Shown: one piece after another, positions 61,106-64,000 of the stretch
Numbering within the stretch: the first letter of the stretch is position 1
Layout: each line of letters starts with the position of its first letter
The notes under the pieces: generated by a model
Told to the model about the DNA's origin: nothing
The model's database searches: none
What the model saw: only the letters and a program-made list of their open reading frames with translations
Origin: Octopus sinensis
Lineage: Eukaryota
Assembly: GCF_006345805.1 (NCBI RefSeq)
Contig: NW_021834954.1
Span: 1 to 64,000 of the forward strand
Length of the DNA stretch: 64,000 bases
Direction: 5' to 3'
Program-made: the position numbers and the translations under genes

Positions 61106-62239
61106 GCACCGCCAACCCCGCCTCTATTTCGGGAGTTATCTCCACTTACTTGCCATCTCCTATTCAACTTAAATCTACTTCCGGCATCAGTAAATTTGAA
61201 ATTAATTTGGACCCCGGATCCGTGCGCAACCGTTTAAAACTAAACTGAGGTAAGGCAGGCTTTTTTATTTCATTTGGGACCATTTAACGCTTGAATGAAC
61301 ATCCTTTCATCTTAAACTCTGTCTGTGTGTCTATAAATTAATGATACGATATTAATTATCGTAAAAGTGCGTGATCCAATTATGAGATCAGGAAATTAAT
61401 GCTTTTGTTTTTCGTTACGAAACTTACAAGGGCGTGGCCGCTTTGTGGGGGGACAGAGATGGCGGTAACACAGAGTAGGGTCTCTGTTAAGTCAGCCTGA
61501 AATGGTGGGGTTTTGTGTAGATGTTTTAACAAGGGTGGATTTCTCCGCTGTGGAAACTAGATACCATTTAATTAAGAAGAGTGGTCCTGGTGCGCGCACT
61601 CGTTTACTCGCGCACGCGCCTTAGCTAGTCGTGACTAGTCGATCCTACAACGACTACCTAGCAAAGTAAATGAAACACAAAAACACAAAGTAAGGATCGA
61701 CTAGTCACGACTAGCTTCCTCGGATGCGCTTGTACGCGATTGCGCGCACCGGGACCACTCGTCTTAGGTTGTACCCTGTAAATGAAAACTGAATATGTGT
61801 ATGTGAGTGTGTGTGTTGTGTGTGTAAAAGTGATAAAGTCGAGTTTCATGTATTTATTGTCTGTAACTGTAACTCCCTCCCACTCCTTTTGCTGTTTTAG
61901 CTTTCTTTCTGACCTGTCCATAAATTATCTTTACAACTTCCACACTTCCGAACTTCAAATTGTAAACCCAGTGTTTATTTCAATACCTCGCTTCCTCCAT
62001 TTCCTCCCTATCTTATTCTTCTCTTGGCCTATGTTATTAAGTCTGTTATGCGTATGTATGTATGTATGTGTTTGTATAATATATACAAGCAGTCATCTGG
62101 CCTTCGTCTCGGTGTGTAGTGTACACAAATGTATTCATAAAACATCTTTCGTAATGCTTATGTATTAAGATCTTAATTAAATGTTACAAGTCGATACCCT
62201 TCACAAGAAATAGTTTTAAATTCCAACCTTAAGTACACA

Positions 62240-62277
62240 CACACACACACACACACATATATATCTATATATCTGTC

Positions 62278-62311
<34 letters not shown>

Positions 62312-64000
62312 GACATACATACACACATACATACATACGTACATACATACACACACACTCACACACACACATCGCACATACATACTTCACACACACACAC
62401 ATGCACACATACATGTAGGCACACACACATACATACATACATGCCCACACATGCACACCTTTACACAAATGCACACACACATACACCTATTTGCATCCAG
62501 GCAGCCCCCCCCCTCTTTTCTGCTTTCCGGTTTTGGCAGATGGATCCTCGGTTCCCGCGGAGCGGGTCGTTCGAGGGCCTTTGCGCTCGCGCGCCTTGGC
62601 GCGTGCTGGGGGCTTAGTCGGCCCCAGGGGCTTGCGTTGTATTGTTTGTGTGTTGTGTGCGTGAGCGCGCTTCGTGTGTGTGGGCTTGCTTCGGGTGTGT
62701 GCGTGCGTATGTATACATACATACCCACACACACGCATGCATCCCTACCCACATACATACACGCACACCTACTCACACACACACATACACACACACACAC
62801 ATACCCGCACACACACACATACCCGCACACACACACATACATACATACACACACATACCTACTTCAGACATACACACACACAGACATACACCCATACACT
62901 CACACTCACGCATATACACACACATACACACGCACACGTACACATACACACACACACACACCTACATACATACATTACACTTGTACACACACACACTTAC
63001 ATTCATACACACACACTCCTACACAGCCATACCCTCACTCAGACACACACACCTACCTATACACACACATACATACATACATCTACACACACACGCCTAC
63101 ACACATACATGCACACATACATAAACACACACACATACACATACACACACATACGCACACACACATATACTTATACACATGCACACACACACATACATAC
63201 ATACATACACCCATACACATACACACACATACCTACATACTCCTATACGCACATACATACACACAGACATACACACATACACACTCACAAACATACACAC
63301 ACACATACTTACACACACACTCATCTGCACGCGCACATACATGCATGACAAACACCCATACACTCACACTCACATACGCACACACCAACATAAACACGCA
63401 CACACACACCTACACTCCCACACACATACATACGCACCTACATACACACACGCACGCATACACACGCACACACACGCATACACACATACATTACACACGT
63501 ACACACACACCTACATACACATGCATACACACACACACACAAACATGCACGGACACACCCAGACATACATACACCTATACACACGCCCACACACCTACAT
63601 ACACACATACATACACACACATACACGGACACACCCATACATACTTACATACATACACCTATACACACACACCTACACACCTACATTCACACACATAGAC
63701 GCACATACATATATACCCACACACATGCACACACACACATACGCACATGCATGCATGCATGCACACGCGCACACCTACACGCATACATGCATACATGCAT
63801 ACACACACACACACACGCACGTACACATACATACATACACACACACACATACATACACCCATACACATACATGCATCCTACACACACATACATACACACT
63901 CACACATACATACACACACACACACACTCACTCACACACCTGCATGTATGCGCACACACATGCACATACACACACTTCCACACACACACGTACATACATA
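62240..64000. repeat. Complex CA/CATA/TA low-complexity array with a GC-rich insert at 62495-62636
   Basis: Direct reading; source of the HT-repeat ORFs. Confidence 0.95.

Noticed and set aside
62451-63698. 415-aa His/Thr-rich ORF
   Set aside because: Translation of CA/CATA low-complexity DNA.

Overview
Eukaryotic, very AT- and microsatellite-rich DNA that is almost certainly cephalopod (Octopus-like). This is inferred from [17 protein letters not shown]-type C2H2 arrays, dense (TA)n/(CA)n/(CATA)n tracts and recurrent tRNA-derived SINEs. The window is almost entirely mobile-element derived. It holds a near-intact CR1-type LINE (40.1-43.7 kb, minus) and a 5'-truncated RTE LINE with a PHD-like finger in ORF2 (1.4-4.05 kb), plus many RTE fragments. 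There are also two Penelope-like elements (PLEs) with GIY-YIG endonucleases (22.8-24.3 kb and 57.1-59.4 kb), three Gypsy remnants (one with Gmr1-type INT-before-RNaseH order, two Mag-like), Tc1/mariner remnants, MITEs, SINEs, two ~1.25 kb degenerate (TTAGGG)n arrays and several minisatellites. The only clear host-type coding sequences are two C2H2 zinc-finger arrays, one decayed and one a short open ORF. The most notable unannotated signal is a set of about 10 type-I hammerhead ribozyme motifs with palindromic stem III, mostly in PLE-type terminal repeats. These include a variant core (UUGAAAA, a compensatory U3-A8 pair) in a 361-bp tandem repeat that folds into a ~1.1 kb palindrome, and a degenerate copy fused to a tRNA-derived SINE head. 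All alignments and folds were done by eye, so boundaries are approximate. Most long ORFs in the supplied track are microsatellite artefacts.
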